A stretch of 63,920 nt of DNA, counting the filler, from Octopus bimaculoides (lineage: Eukaryota): the NCBI RefSeq assembly GCF_001194135.2. It is 6 parts of 4 records of this genome, joined end to end, with 100 filler letters (N's around TTAATTAATTAA, not from the genome) between each part and the next. Parts side by side here need not be neighbours in the genome. Positions count along the whole stretch, not along the records: positions 1 to 28,200 come from NC_068998.1; 5 more parts are not named here. One strand, 5' to 3'. Shown here one piece after another: positions 1 to 11,773 of the stretch. The notes below the pieces were generated by a model. That model searched no databases, was not told the origin of the DNA, and saw only the letters and a program-made list of their open reading frames with translations. The position numbers and the translations under genes were made by a program. The first letter of the stretch is position 1. Every line of letters begins with the position of its first letter.

Positions 1-279
1 TATATATATACAGTTGAGGTGTGTTCTGTTAAGTATGTATTAGAGTACAAATAGATCTCATTTGCCCTTACAATTCCCAAATAGCCAGTAGTATTATTGT
101 GGTATGCTACCAATTCTAGTTTGGATGGTGCTTTTTATGTGCCACTGGCATGGGGAGTGAGTCAGGTGGAACTGGAAATGACCCACACAAGCATGGTGCT
201 TATTGCATGGGAGCCAGTCAGGTGGCACTGGCATCAGTCACAACTACAATTTCCATTTGATTGTGATTTGAGGAACTGA

Positions 280-482
280 AAGAATCAAAAATTAAATACC
301 AAATAGAATGGTCAAAAGTAAAAAATGCACATCCATGTACTTCACTGTCCGGTAAATATGACCTTTTGCCTTGAGGAAGCACTGAGTATTCTGCTGAGTA
401 ATGAAAATCTAGTGAATAAACACAATGAGAAAATTCCAACATGTAACCACTGTACCAAATATGCATTTTCCAGATGGAACAG
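280..482 (+). mobile_element. Penelope-like element 3' remnant (GIY-YIG C-terminus)
   Basis: With one frameshift it reads KIKYQIEWSKVKNAHP...DL(C)LEEALSILLSNENLVNKHNEKIPTCNH, similar to the CxLCLxE...LNKRxE...CRH tail of PLE endonucleases. Confidence 0.55.
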
Positions 483-1059
483 TGTATAAAACAGATAATT
501 TATTATTTTATCTCTCTAAACCCATTTTTTACCGTCTTCACGTATGTATAGGCATGTGTATTTATGATGGAGTGTTCAACGATATAACTATGTACATGAA
601 AATGAGTAGATAAATGTACAAGCATCTAGGTATAGGTGTGAAGGTGTTTATTGATCTGTAGGTGAGTATATGTATGCGTGTGTGCATCTGAATATATGTA
701 CATATATATTTTTTATATATATGCATGTATGTGTGTACATGTCTCTGTGTGCGAGTGTATGTGTGTGTATGCGTGTATGTATGGAAACACTCAGAAATGT
801 ATGGTATATCGGTGTGTAAGTGATTGTATAAGTATGAGCTAATGGATGAGTGTATTTTACATAATTATGCAGTTTGGTATGTGCAGAATAACATATTGAA
901 ACTAAATAAATAAACAGACAATGTGCACATTGCTGCTCATGTCGAATGTGATAACACACCCATACCAAACGAATTGAAACCATCAGCGTTTGTGAGTTTC
1001 AAAGGAGACAGATGTTGTAGCATGGAAATCTAGTCTTATTTACAGAGACAATTAAATGG

Positions 1060-1620
1060 TGGGACACAGTCTTGAATGGTTTGCTCAAACAAATCATAAC
1101 AACCCCAGTACTTTTTGTTTTCAAAGTCTGGTACCTATTCTTTTGAACCAGTCAATTTCGCCAAATGTTCTCCCTCTAATGCTTCAAAATATTGCAGTGG
1201 AAGTCTGGCCCTGAGGGATGAATTCTTGATGCACAATACCACATTTCTGAGGTTGATGCTTGTGGCAGGTCTTCCAGATCACTCGTCTTCCAGAGATGTT
1301 CTTCTGCTTTTGAAGTATCTGTACCATTTCAAACATTGCGTATGACCCATTACTTCATTGCTATAAGCTTGCCAAAGCATGCTTAATGTCTATGTAGCAG
1401 ACGCCCCAAGTTTAACGCAAAAATCCACATTGCTTCTTTGTTCCTGTCTATAACAAAATCGCAGACTACAACATACACATTAATCAAATTGCACAACTTG
1501 CAAAGTAAACAGCGATGTCATTTGGCACACTGCCTTATAAAGGTCACTGTTAGCTCTCACTGTGCACACAGTGATGTGCTGTCACCTGTTGGTGCACTAT
1601 ATTGTACCCTGTACTATATT
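1060..1620 (-). mobile_element. Internally deleted mariner relic
   Basis: Minus strand encodes a degraded mariner N-terminus (FCVKLG..ATETLSML...SGRP-like). It shares sequence with the copy at 26311-27196 (e.g. gaattcttgatgcacaatac). Confidence 0.6.
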
Positions 1621-1641
1621 GTACCCCTCACACCCTTGACT

Positions 1642-1673
<32 letters not shown>

Positions 1674-1889
1674 TATANNNNNNNNNNNNNNNNNNNNNNN
1701 NNNNNNNNNNNNNNNNNNNNNNNNNNNNNNNNNNNNNNNNNNNNNNNNNNNNNNNNNNNNNNNNNNNNNNNNNNNNNNNNNNNNNNNNNNNNNNNNNNNN
1801 NNNNNNNNNNNNNNNNNNNNNNNNNNNNNNNNNNNNNNNNATTGTTTGTTTTTGATTTTGTTGAATACACAGTATAATAAGGTCAGCTG

Positions 1890-2273
1890 GGCACCATCTG
1901 TGAGAAAAACAGCTCCATGATGCAATTCACTCTGCCAATATGAACATTTCAGCGTTTTTGGGTGTCAATCTGAGGACAGTGCAATCTGAAGACATGTACC
2001 GAGAGTAATAAAAATCAAACATCCAGTCAATATCATGGTGTTTGGAGTGATCACTAGTGATGGCGATGCTATGCCTCCATTCATCTTCTCACACAGCCTC
2101 AGTCTCAACACGAAGGCCTACATCAAGTGCCTGGAGGAGGTAGTGCTGCCCTGGGTCAAGAGGGTGGCTGCTGGAAGACCCTATGTCTGGCAACGGGACA
2201 TAGGGTCCCGTTGCCACACAAGCAAGAGAACCTAGTCATGGCTGCCAGACAATTTCTGCAACCACATCACCCC

Positions 2274-2276
<3 letters not shown>
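1890..2276 (+). mobile_element. Tc1/mariner internally deleted transposase fragment
   Basis: MVFGVITSDGDAMPPFIF...YIKCLEEVVLPWVKRVAAGRPYVWQ...CHTSKRT is DDD-domain-like sequence. Confidence 0.7.
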
Positions 2277-2304
<28 letters not shown>

Positions 2305-2395
2305 AGAGATGTGATTTGGTTTGTTGGGGTAAGATGTGGAAAAAGTTTTATTGTTATTGCCTGTGGGTGGAACCCACATTACTTCTAGAACTCAA

Positions 2396-2935
2396 TTTTA
2401 CTGAAGTGGGCGGGTTTTCTCAAGAACCTCATATCGCCAGACATCTCTGTTCATTGTCATCCCCTTCATGAGGCCCAACATCCCGAGATCAGTCCTCTGT
2501 ACTTCACCCTTTGTCTTTCTGGGTCTCCCGCTTCCACAAGTGCTATCCACTCTCAATAATTGGCACTTCTTTATACAACTGTCTTCATTCATATGCATCA
2601 CATGTTCAAACCAACATAGTCTTCTTTCTTGCATGCTGCATCTGATGTTTGATTTTTATCACTCTCGGTACATGTCCTTAGATTGACACTCAAACACTCT
2701 GAAATGTTCATATTGGAGCTTTTGGTGGGAATGCTAAGTAGTACAGCATGTTGTTTCCAAATTTCTGGCAGAGTGAATTGCATCATGGTGCTGTTTTTCT
2801 CACATCTGATTCCTCGTAAGCCCAACTTTTCTCTCAACACATTTTTCACTTTGTGATATGTGCACACTGATGTTGCACATCCAGTGGAGCATACTACCTT
2901 CAATCCTCTCTAGTCAATGCATGCCTTCTGCATTC
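2396..2935 (-). mobile_element. RTE-clade LINE 3' fragment
   Basis: MQERRLCWFEHVMHMNEDSCIKKC...CGSGRPRKT is homologous to the RTE copy at 14880-15040. Confidence 0.8.
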
Positions 2936-3477
2936 AGAGCCCAGGTCTCTCTACTGTGAGGTAAAAGTTCTCTGAACTTCCTCCATCTTATTTTTATTCT
3001 TGAAACAATACTTTCAGAACATCCCCCACTATTGCTAATTTGGTCGCCTAAGTATCAGAAACTTTCGACAATCAAGAGAGAGCCTCCTGGGCATTTGAGA
3101 GAGTCTAATTCCCAGGTGTCCTTAGTGCTTACTGTCCCTGTGCATCTGCCATATATGAAGACAATTTTATCTGTTAGTCAACCTGTGATTCCACTATGTC
3201 TCTTTTGTGTCAATAGCTTACACTGGATGCAGTGAATGGAATTACTTCCAATTCATTTTCTACATATTGAGCAGGACCGTTTCCCTGGTAGCAAGAGAGT
3301 TTTATCTGCTTTCTTGCTAACAACAACTTTTATCTTTGCTTTGATTCCAGGTTTTGCTTCCATACTTGGAAATTCTTCTCCAGTTCTGCTACAGATTCTG
3401 CAATAAAAGCAAGGTCAGTAGCATATAGTAGTTCTCACTGGCATCCTATTTTGAATTCTTCTGTCACGGCTTGGAGG

Positions 3478-3508
<31 letters not shown>

Positions 3509-3535
3509 ATATATATGTACATGTCTATATTGTAG

Positions 3536-3885
3536 CACCTAGCACACTCTGCTAAGTGGTTGGCATTGGGAAGGGCATCCAGCTGTAGAAACCATGCTTC
3601 AACAGACAGCTAGAGTCTGGACAGTTCTCTGCTAGCCAGTTCCATGTCAAACTAACCAACCTATGCCAGCATGGAAGTGGATGTTAAATGACAATGATGA
3701 TGATATCTTCTGTCTATATACATACATACATCATCATCATCATCATCATCATCGTTTAACGTCCACCTTCCATGCTAGCATGGGTTGGACGATTTGACTG
3801 AGGACTGGTGAAACCGGATGGCAACACCAGGCTCCAATCTAATTTGGCAGAGTTTCTACACCTGGATGCCCTTCCTAACGCCAAG
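3536..3885. mobile_element. Two RTE-tail/SINE copies arranged tail-to-tail (inverted)
   Basis: Plus copy ggcattgggaagggcatccagctgtagaaacc...gttaaatgac(atg)n; minus copy (cat)n cgtttaacgtcc...ctggatgcccttcctaacgcc. Confidence 0.75.
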
Positions 3886-3904
3886 GACAAGTTACAATAC
3901 ACTA

Positions 3905-4711
3905 AACATAAACCAGGTGGATTTTAATAGTTTCAAAGGCCAGCAATTTTGTTGGAGGAGGTATTGATTAAATCAACCCTAGCACTCAAATGATGCTTAT
4001 TTTATCAACTCTGTAAAGACAAAGTTGACCTTGAAAAGCAAAGGTCGACCTTGAAAGGAGAAACTAAACTTGAAAGACAAAGTCGACCTTGAAAGGCTAA
4101 GCTGACCTTGAAAGGCAAAGCCAACCTTGAAAGGTAAAGTCAACCTTGCCAGAATTTGAACTCAGAACATAAAGGTGAACAAAATGCTTACCAGTATTTT
4201 ATCCAGTGCACTAACAGTTCTGCCAGCTCAATGCCTTAATAATGATAATAATAATAATAATTCTTTCTAATATAGGCACAAGGCTTGAAATTTGGGGGAG
4301 GGAGATAGTCAATTACATCAACTCCAGTAGTTAACTGATACTTATTTTAAATACCCCAAAAGGATGAAAGGTAAAATCGACCTTGGTGGAATTTGAACAT
4401 AGCAATGGGCAAAATACTGCTAAGTATTTCACCCAGCATGCTAATGATTCTGCCAGCTCACCACCTTAATTAAAATAATAATAATAATGATGATGATAAT
4501 GTTGATGATGATTTCAAATTTTTGCCACAAGGGCAGCTTGGGAGAAGAGATTAAATCAATTACATTGACCCCAGTGGTACTTATTTGATGAACCCTGAAA
4601 GGATGAACAGCAAAGTCGACCTCTGCAGAATTTGTACTCAGAACATAGCAGCAAACGAAATACCGCTAAGCCTTTCACCTGATGTGCTAACGATTCTGCC
4701 AGCTCACTGCC

Positions 4712-4762
<51 letters not shown>

Positions 4763-4960
4763 TTAATAATAATAATAATAATAATCCTTTCTACTACAGG
4801 CTCAAGGCCTCGAATTTGTGGGGAGGGGTCTAGTCAGTTAGATTCACCCCAGTGCTCAATTTGCTCATATTTTATCAACCCCAAAAAGATGTGGAATTTG
4901 AATTCAGAGCATAAAACCAGAAGAAATGCTGCTGAGCATTTTGTCAAACATGGTAACAAT
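3905..4960 (-). mobile_element. Cluster of about four CpG-decayed tRNA-derived SINEs
   Basis: Repeated modules (cccag..actggtacttatt...gaaaggatgaaaggcaaagtcgacct..ggaatttgaactcagaac...ctgccagctc). The reverse complement has A/B-box-like motifs and a central gcctttcatcctttcggggtcgataaa domain. Confidence 0.8.
4016..4150. repeat. About 7 tandem copies of a 19-20 bp SINE sub-segment
   Basis: Degenerate repeats of gaaaggcaaagtcgacctt inside one SINE copy. Confidence 0.8.
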
Positions 4961-6245
4961 TCTGTCAGTTTGTCACGTTCACAACAACAATAATAGTATG
5001 TCTGCCAAGGTGATTGCACAAGTTGGCAGGAAATAGCAAAAGATCACATAAATTCCATCCGCTGTTACATATTGTTTGCAGACTATACACAGAATAGGTG
5101 TATATTGTTAAAAAATGCTAATGTTTTTGTTGCAAATAAAGTATACAAAGTTCAGGCTATTTGATGTATTGGAAGGTCCATAGAATGTGCAAAGTGCATG
5201 ACGATGGTGGCAGGATGATTAAATATTCCACTAAAATTTCCCAGGGATAGGCATGGCAAGAGGACACATACTGGTGAATAGGATGAAAGAGATGCAAAAG
5301 CAAAGACAAAGTGAAAATTCTGATGTAGGATATAAGACACCTTGCCTCATTTTACCTGCATAGCGATACAAGAATATACGAGTAGAGACACCACTGTCAC
5401 GTGCTGTCACATGCTGGGTAAGAGACGTGCTGTTAAGATCCACTCAGTTGTGTCAGAAGGTCTGTGACTTCTGTTAGTGATGTCCCTACTCCTACTTAGC
5501 AAATCTATATACTGGAGGTTTAATTAAATGCTCTTTAGTTATTGTTTTTGTTTAATCCCAGCAGGTTTTCGAAGTGTAACTCTCTCATCTGTGTTTCAGA
5601 CAATATTTTAAGTCTACATTATCTGATGTGTACTTATTTTTTTTAAGACAGTAATTATGATTTCAAGCAGGTTTGGCTGTTATATCTAGCAGGTCAAGTG
5701 ATCATTTAGAAATTCATTCAGTGCCTCATAAACACATCAACAATAATTGAGAGTAAAAAAAATGAAAACTTATCAGATTTATTGAAATAATCTTTGGTAA
5801 ATTTCCATCTTACAGTTTGGTTTTAATAAATCATCAGTAGTTAAATGTATTTAACATAATATTAAAAGAAGAAATGAAAATCAGGTCTAGATGTAAATAG
5901 CTCATGTTTGAACCTACAAATAGTGTGCAATAATTATTAATTCACTTGAAGGTAATGTTATAATTCAAAAAAGCAAATATGACTGTATCATTTTCTCTAT
6001 CTTTAAAGAATTGCATTTTATATATTTTTAATGAAACTATTCCTAGATATTCTCTATAATAATAAACAAAGCTCTTTCCCACCCACCCCTTTACCAACCA
6101 CCATATATTAAATAAGAATAGCTAACTTTTCACCTGAAATTCTTGCTTTACTCACTCTCTCCTGAAATTTCAGCTATATTTTATATATGATATTGCGCAA
6201 CTCCTCTATTAGTCTGCTGCAATAATGTATTAAATTCTGTTGAAT

Positions 6246-6376
6246 CACGTGTCTATTACATGCTACTAAGGAAACGTGTTAATATTTCACGTGTCTTGAG
6301 CATTTCAAGGCAACTTTATTTCCTATTTTCCCACAAAAATGTAACTGGCCTATAATGACATGTGACAAAAAACGTG
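6246..6376. promoter_or_regulatory. E-box / E'-box cluster
   Basis: CACGTG at 6246-6251 and 6288-6293, AACGTG at 6273-6278 and 6371-6376, CATGTG at 6359-6364, in non-repetitive-looking DNA. Confidence 0.45.
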
Positions 6377-6790
6377 TTCCAACAATTGACTTGAACTGTC
6401 AAAACATTCTATTCTCTGTTCATAAAGCAAAGCTATGTTTGTCATGTTGTATAGAAGATTAAGGGATTTGCGGAAATGGCGGGGTTACTTCTAATTGTCA
6501 TTTCCACATAAAGTTATGTAATAAATCCATTAATAAAGACTAGTTGACCAAGTTGTTATTTCATGTTTATATCAAATCTTTCCACTTTTTTTTTTTTTAT
6601 CAAATTATCTAGATACTAAGGGTTTGGTATCTAGAATTATCAGTTGTGAAACTAAAAGTCAATTAAAATAATGCCGCAATAAGTCACATTTAGAATATTT
6701 GTACTGTGTCTTCTAAGTTACCCTCTCCTACGAAATTGCTGACCTTGTGCCAACATTTGAAGCCAATATTCAGCTGGCTTCCAGCCGTCC

Positions 6791-6908
6791 ATGTCAGCAA
6801 ACTTTTGCTCAACTACAACTTTACTCTTTATGCTCTCCAATGCCATTGACTGTTCACCAATTCATCAAGGTGAACCTGAAGAAAGGAGACATAAAAAATC
6901 ATCACCCT
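6791..6908 (+). CDS. Candidate alternative 5' coding exon of PDE4
   Basis: ATG-initiated 39-codon frame MSANFCSTTTLLFMLSNAIDCSPIHQGEPEERRHKKSSP ends at T|GTATGT (phase 1), compatible with the phase-1 acceptor at 24282. No homology recognised. Confidence 0.3.
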
Positions 6909-7236
6909 GTATGTGTATATATGTATATATTAGTTTTTGTATACCTAAATTGATGATGATGATAATAACACTTATTGAAAATGCTATACACTTGAATAAA
7001 ACCCAGGGATCTTATAGATGCAAAGCAAATTTCATAACCATTTAGTCATTCAGTCATATATATTCATATGTATAATGTATGTATGCATGCCTGTGTGAGT
7101 GTGTGCATGTATGTGTGTATCAGTATAACTCAAGGTAAAAGATGTATATATTTACCCAAATTATCTAACCAATAAAGCGTGTCATTTCACTTGTATTCAA
7201 ACAATTTACATAGCCCTAAAAACCTTCATGTCACAA

Positions 7237-8585
7237 TCTATATATATAAAAATGAGAATGTGTGTCTGTCTGTCTGTCTGTCTGTGTGAATCCCTAAAAC
7301 TCGAGAACTACGCAACCAATTTCATTCAAATTTTACAGATGCCTTACTTAGGGTTCCAGTTGTGTTTTAGTAAAAAAAAAAATTTTAACTTCTTCCAGAG
7401 TTCGAGCCCACAGCAACATATCTCCTCCACTATTTAAGTATTACGTGTCAAAAGTGAAACAAAAACACTCATGTCAAATACTTTCACTTTAAAAATGAAA
7501 CTATTCTACTAACTGAAACAATCACATTTCGATACTGTAATGACAGATACTTTCAGAGAGAGAGAGAAAGAGAGAAAGAGAGAAAGAGAGAAAGAGANNN
7601 NNNNNNNNNNNNNNNNNNNNNNNNNNNNNNNNNNNNNNNNNNNNNNNNNNNNNNNNNNNNNNNNNNNNNNNNNNNNNNNNNNNNNNNNNNNNNNNNNNNN
7701 NNNNNNNNNNNNNNNNNNNNNNNNNNNNNNNNNNNNNNNNNNNNNNNNNNNNNNNNNNNNNNNNNNNNNNNNNNNNNNNNNNNNNNNNNNNNNNNNNNNN
7801 NNNNNNNNNNNNNNNNNNNNNNNNNNNNNNNNNNNNNNNNNNNNNNNNNNNNNNNNNNNNNNNNNNNNNNNNNNNNNNNNNNNNNNNNNNNNNNNNNNNN
7901 NNNNNNNNNNNNNNNNNNNNNNNNNNNNNNNNNNNNNNNNNNNNNNNNNNNNNNNNNNNNNNNNNNNNNNNNNNNNNNNNNNNNNNNNNNNNNNNNNNNN
8001 NNNNNNNNNNNNNNNNNNNNNNNNNNNNNNNNNNNNNNNNNNNNNNNNNNNNNNNNNNNNNNNNNNNNNNNNNNNNNNNNNNNNNNNNNNNNNNNNNNNN
8101 NNNNNNNNNNNNNNNNNNNNNNNNNNNNNNNNNNNNNNNNNNNNNNNNNNNNNNNNNNNNNNNNNNNNNNNNNNNNNNNNNNNNNNNNNNNNNNNNNNNN
8201 NNNNNNNNNNNNNNNNNNNNNNNNNNNNNNNNNNNTTCTGCAATGTGGTGCATAAATTGTCAAGTAAATGAGACGCATCTTTGCCTCCACTGATTCACTT
8301 ACAAAGTGTTGAGTAAAATTATTTCGTTGCAGACCTCCTTTGGGTCTTTTTATTATCACTACGACACACATAGTCCCCAGTTGGTAACATTGATTTCAAG
8401 GCCCTCCTAGATGAGAGACTGGCATTCCACTTAATGTTTATGTTCCATGCTGGCATGGATTGGAGAGTTATTAATGTAGAAATATGGTATCGTAGCTACT
8501 AACAGTTGAGGGTTGTGTAGTCTAGACGGCGTTTTTAGATTTCATTATTCTCTTTAACCCGGGCAAAGCCGGGTATTTCTGCTAG
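7237..8585 (+). mobile_element. Non-autonomous Helitron-like element (spans an N gap)
   Basis: Starts A|TCTATATATATAAA with a (TGTC)n tract, ends CTAG|T with the subterminal hairpin cccgggcaaagccggg (8558-8573). It sits between A and T with no TSD. Confidence 0.7.
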
Positions 8586-8932
8586 TAAGTAATAAATGAA
8601 TATGTTGTCGTGTGAATTGCTAATGTTGTTGCTGCTACTGCTGTCAATTATTATGGAAAACAGTAAATAGATGATAGGAGGGGTGTACATTTTCTCAAGC
8701 CCAAACTTCTACATCACGTGTTTGGTCAGCCTTCTCAATCTTTATACATACCTAAAAGTTTTTCTTCAAAGACAGACACAACTTTATTTTCTTACATAAA
8801 ATTCATCAGAATACTACCGTTGGTTTGGCTCCAGCCTGGAAATTTATGGGATAGTAATTATACTGTTTAAATTAAACTTTTGCTAAAAACTTTCTCAAAG
8901 CTTTCTGAAACACTTCTCTTCTAAGCAACAGT

Positions 8933-8996
8933 ATGGTATACTCGCGCGATGATATTTTGGATGTGGAAATGATTGAGGATAAATTCTACCTCAACT
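8933..8996 (+). CDS. Candidate alternative 5' coding exon of PDE4
   Basis: MVYSRDDILDVEMIEDKFYLN ends at T|GTAAGC (strong donor, phase 1). CpGs are retained (TCGCGCG) in a CpG-poor region, and CACGTG lies at 8715-8720. Confidence 0.35.
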
Positions 8997-9743
8997 GTAA
9001 GCATTTTTTTTTTTTTTTTTGCTTAATATGCACGTTATTTACTAATAAATCTCTTTCCACTCTTGAAATTATTGCACATTTTGTTAAATTAAAGTATATA
9101 TTGATAATAGTACTATACAATGCTATTTTTGACTATTTTATTTTTGTCTAAAGTTGAAGGTAAGAAGTATTTAACTTCTTTACTTGCAATGATCAGCTTA
9201 AGAATGCTATTGATGTTCTTATGTTTAGCTGAAGTCAGAGAAAATGTTTTTGAACATAAACTCCATATGCAGACATTGGTAATTGCATTTGAAAATATTT
9301 TTTAACATTTTGATTAGAATAAAAGTTTATATATGATTTTGTGTGGTGACATGGAGTATCAGAATTTTAGGATCAGGAAACTTAAAAGAACTCAGTGATT
9401 CAGCAAAAGAGATTGATGGAATAAGTACACTACTTTAAAAAAATATGTACTGATGTTGATTTGTTTGATGAAACCCTTCAGGTGGTTTCCTAGAATGGCT
9501 ACAGTCCAATGACTGAAACTAGTAAAAGATTAAAGATATAAAAAAAACTAGTGCAGTGAATGTTTGCAATATTATGCATATAAATTTAGTTTATCATTTA
9601 GTCAGTTCCATTTAAAAATATATATTTTAGTCATGTGGAAAATAACTCTGGCTTAAAACCGTGAGAGAACATATATACATAACAACTAATTGTATATCAT
9701 TGAGCATCTGGTCAATCAAAACCATACACTTTCCCTTGATGGG

Positions 9744-9780
<37 letters not shown>

Positions 9781-10031
9781 NNNNNNNNNNNNNNNNNNNN
9801 NNNNNNNNNNNNNNNNNNNNNNNNNNNNNNNNNNNNNNNNNNNNNNNNNNNNNNNNNNNNNNNNNNNNNNNNNNNNNNNNNNNNNNNNNNNNNNNNNNNN
9901 NNNNNNNNNNNNNNNNNNNNNNNNNNNNNNNNNNNNNNNNNNNNNNNNNNNNNNNNNNNNNNNNNNNNNNNNNNNNNNNNNNNNNNNNNNNNNNNNNNNN
10001 NNNNNNNNNNNNNNNNNNNNNNNNNNNNNNN

Positions 10032-10090
<59 letters not shown>

Positions 10091-10552
10091 CATATATACA
10101 CATACACACAATCTCATCAAGAAAAATGTAAAAAGTAAATATATATTCATGTTATAAACATTCACTACATACACACATGCTCACATGCACACACAACAAG
10201 CACACACTCATACACTTACTCACTTACACACGCACACACACGCACTGACACACACACATACACACTCACTCACTCACACTCACACACACACACACACACA
10301 CTCACACACTCACTCACTTACACACACACACACACACACACAAATATATGTACATATACATAGAAATTTGACTCAAGGTAGTGACAGTTTGAACAAAAGA
10401 ACAGAATTGTAGTATCTTGTATGCATGAGGACAAGTATCTCTTATGTAAATACCAGTTTCCTTGAATTTCATCTTGGCTCAGAGACAAATATTAGTTTTG
10501 AAATATTTAATAAATATTTGTTTACTTAACATATGTATATGCATTTATGTAC

Positions 10553-10619
<67 letters not shown>

Positions 10620-11434
10620 GTAAAATCCAGAGATCGAGATGTAGGAAGAAAGTTAACTTCAAGCAATCTGTAGTGGATATAAAAAAAACAACTTTCAGAA
10701 ACAATAGTGGTTTATTTTAGACAGAAGGTTGCAGATATTTTTTGATCTTTTATCTCCCCTCCAATTTCTCTTCTCTTCAAATGCCAATCCCACTATTGAA
10801 TTCTGTGATTAAGCTAAAACTACTATATTATCTACCACCGACCCGTCCAAGTTCCTCCTTTCTCTCACTCTCCTATATTTTATTTTAGTTATTTATTTAT
10901 TTTTCTCTTCTATTACTTATTTCTCCCCTCATTTATATACCCCTCACATACTGTGCCCTCCACACATTCTGATTGAATCTTTGCATCAACATATACCTCC
11001 TTGCAACAATGTAGCCTTTAATCTAATCAAGATATCCTTGGCCTGAAGATTAACCGGCGGTATACACCTCACTTGGATTTTACCACTTCTGAAGTTCCAC
11101 TCACTATGAAACATATGTAGTCCAAATTTCCCATACTCCATTCTGTAACTCTTGCATGTGTGTGTGCGTGTGTGTGTGTGTGTGAGTGTATAAGCATATA
11201 TGAGTACATGTGTGTATATGTGTGTAAGTTTATATGCATATAAACAGCTGCATGCAAAATGCACACACACACACACACTCACATATGCACACAACCATTG
11301 TTTTAAAATATTACTATAAAATATTACTTTACAATACTACTTATACATCAACGCAATTTCAAGAGGTGAGTTATTTTTGTGACCTTGCTTATATGAACTT
11401 TAAGATGTTTGGAATGTTCCCACGAGAGCTAGAA

Positions 11435-11478
11435 ATGTGACAAAAAACGTGAGCTTGAAGCAGCTGATTTTGCACGTG
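11435..11478. promoter_or_regulatory. Second E-box-like cluster
   Basis: ATGTGACAAAAAACGTG at 11435-11451 is identical to 6360-6376, followed by CACGTG at 11473-11478. Confidence 0.4.
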
Positions 11479-11742
11479 TCATCTGCAAGGAATTTTTTTT
11501 TTTTTTTTAAAGCAGCATTAAGATAAACATTTTCTTCATTATATTCCTATAGTATTTCAAAAATATATTAAAACAGCAAATATTTCAAAGGCAAAGCAGG
11601 CTCAGAATAGCTGCTTGAAAGATTATAAACTTGTAACTCCAGTATTGAAATTAGGAACCTTTCAGTTGAAATCTACCAAAGAATACATTACACATATGCA
11701 TTGGGTTCTGTCATTCATTGCTTCTGGTAAATCAATAGATTC

Positions 11743-11773
<31 letters not shown>

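Noticed and set aside
9228-9278. Possible exon AEVRENVFEHKLHMQTL with a GTAATT donor
   Set aside because: It ends in phase 0, incompatible with the 24282 acceptor, and shows no homology.
11285-11371. ATG frame ending at GAG|GTGAGT
   Set aside because: A strong donor, but phase 0 and out of frame with the next PDE4 exon, and the peptide is low-complexity. At best a non-coding exon.
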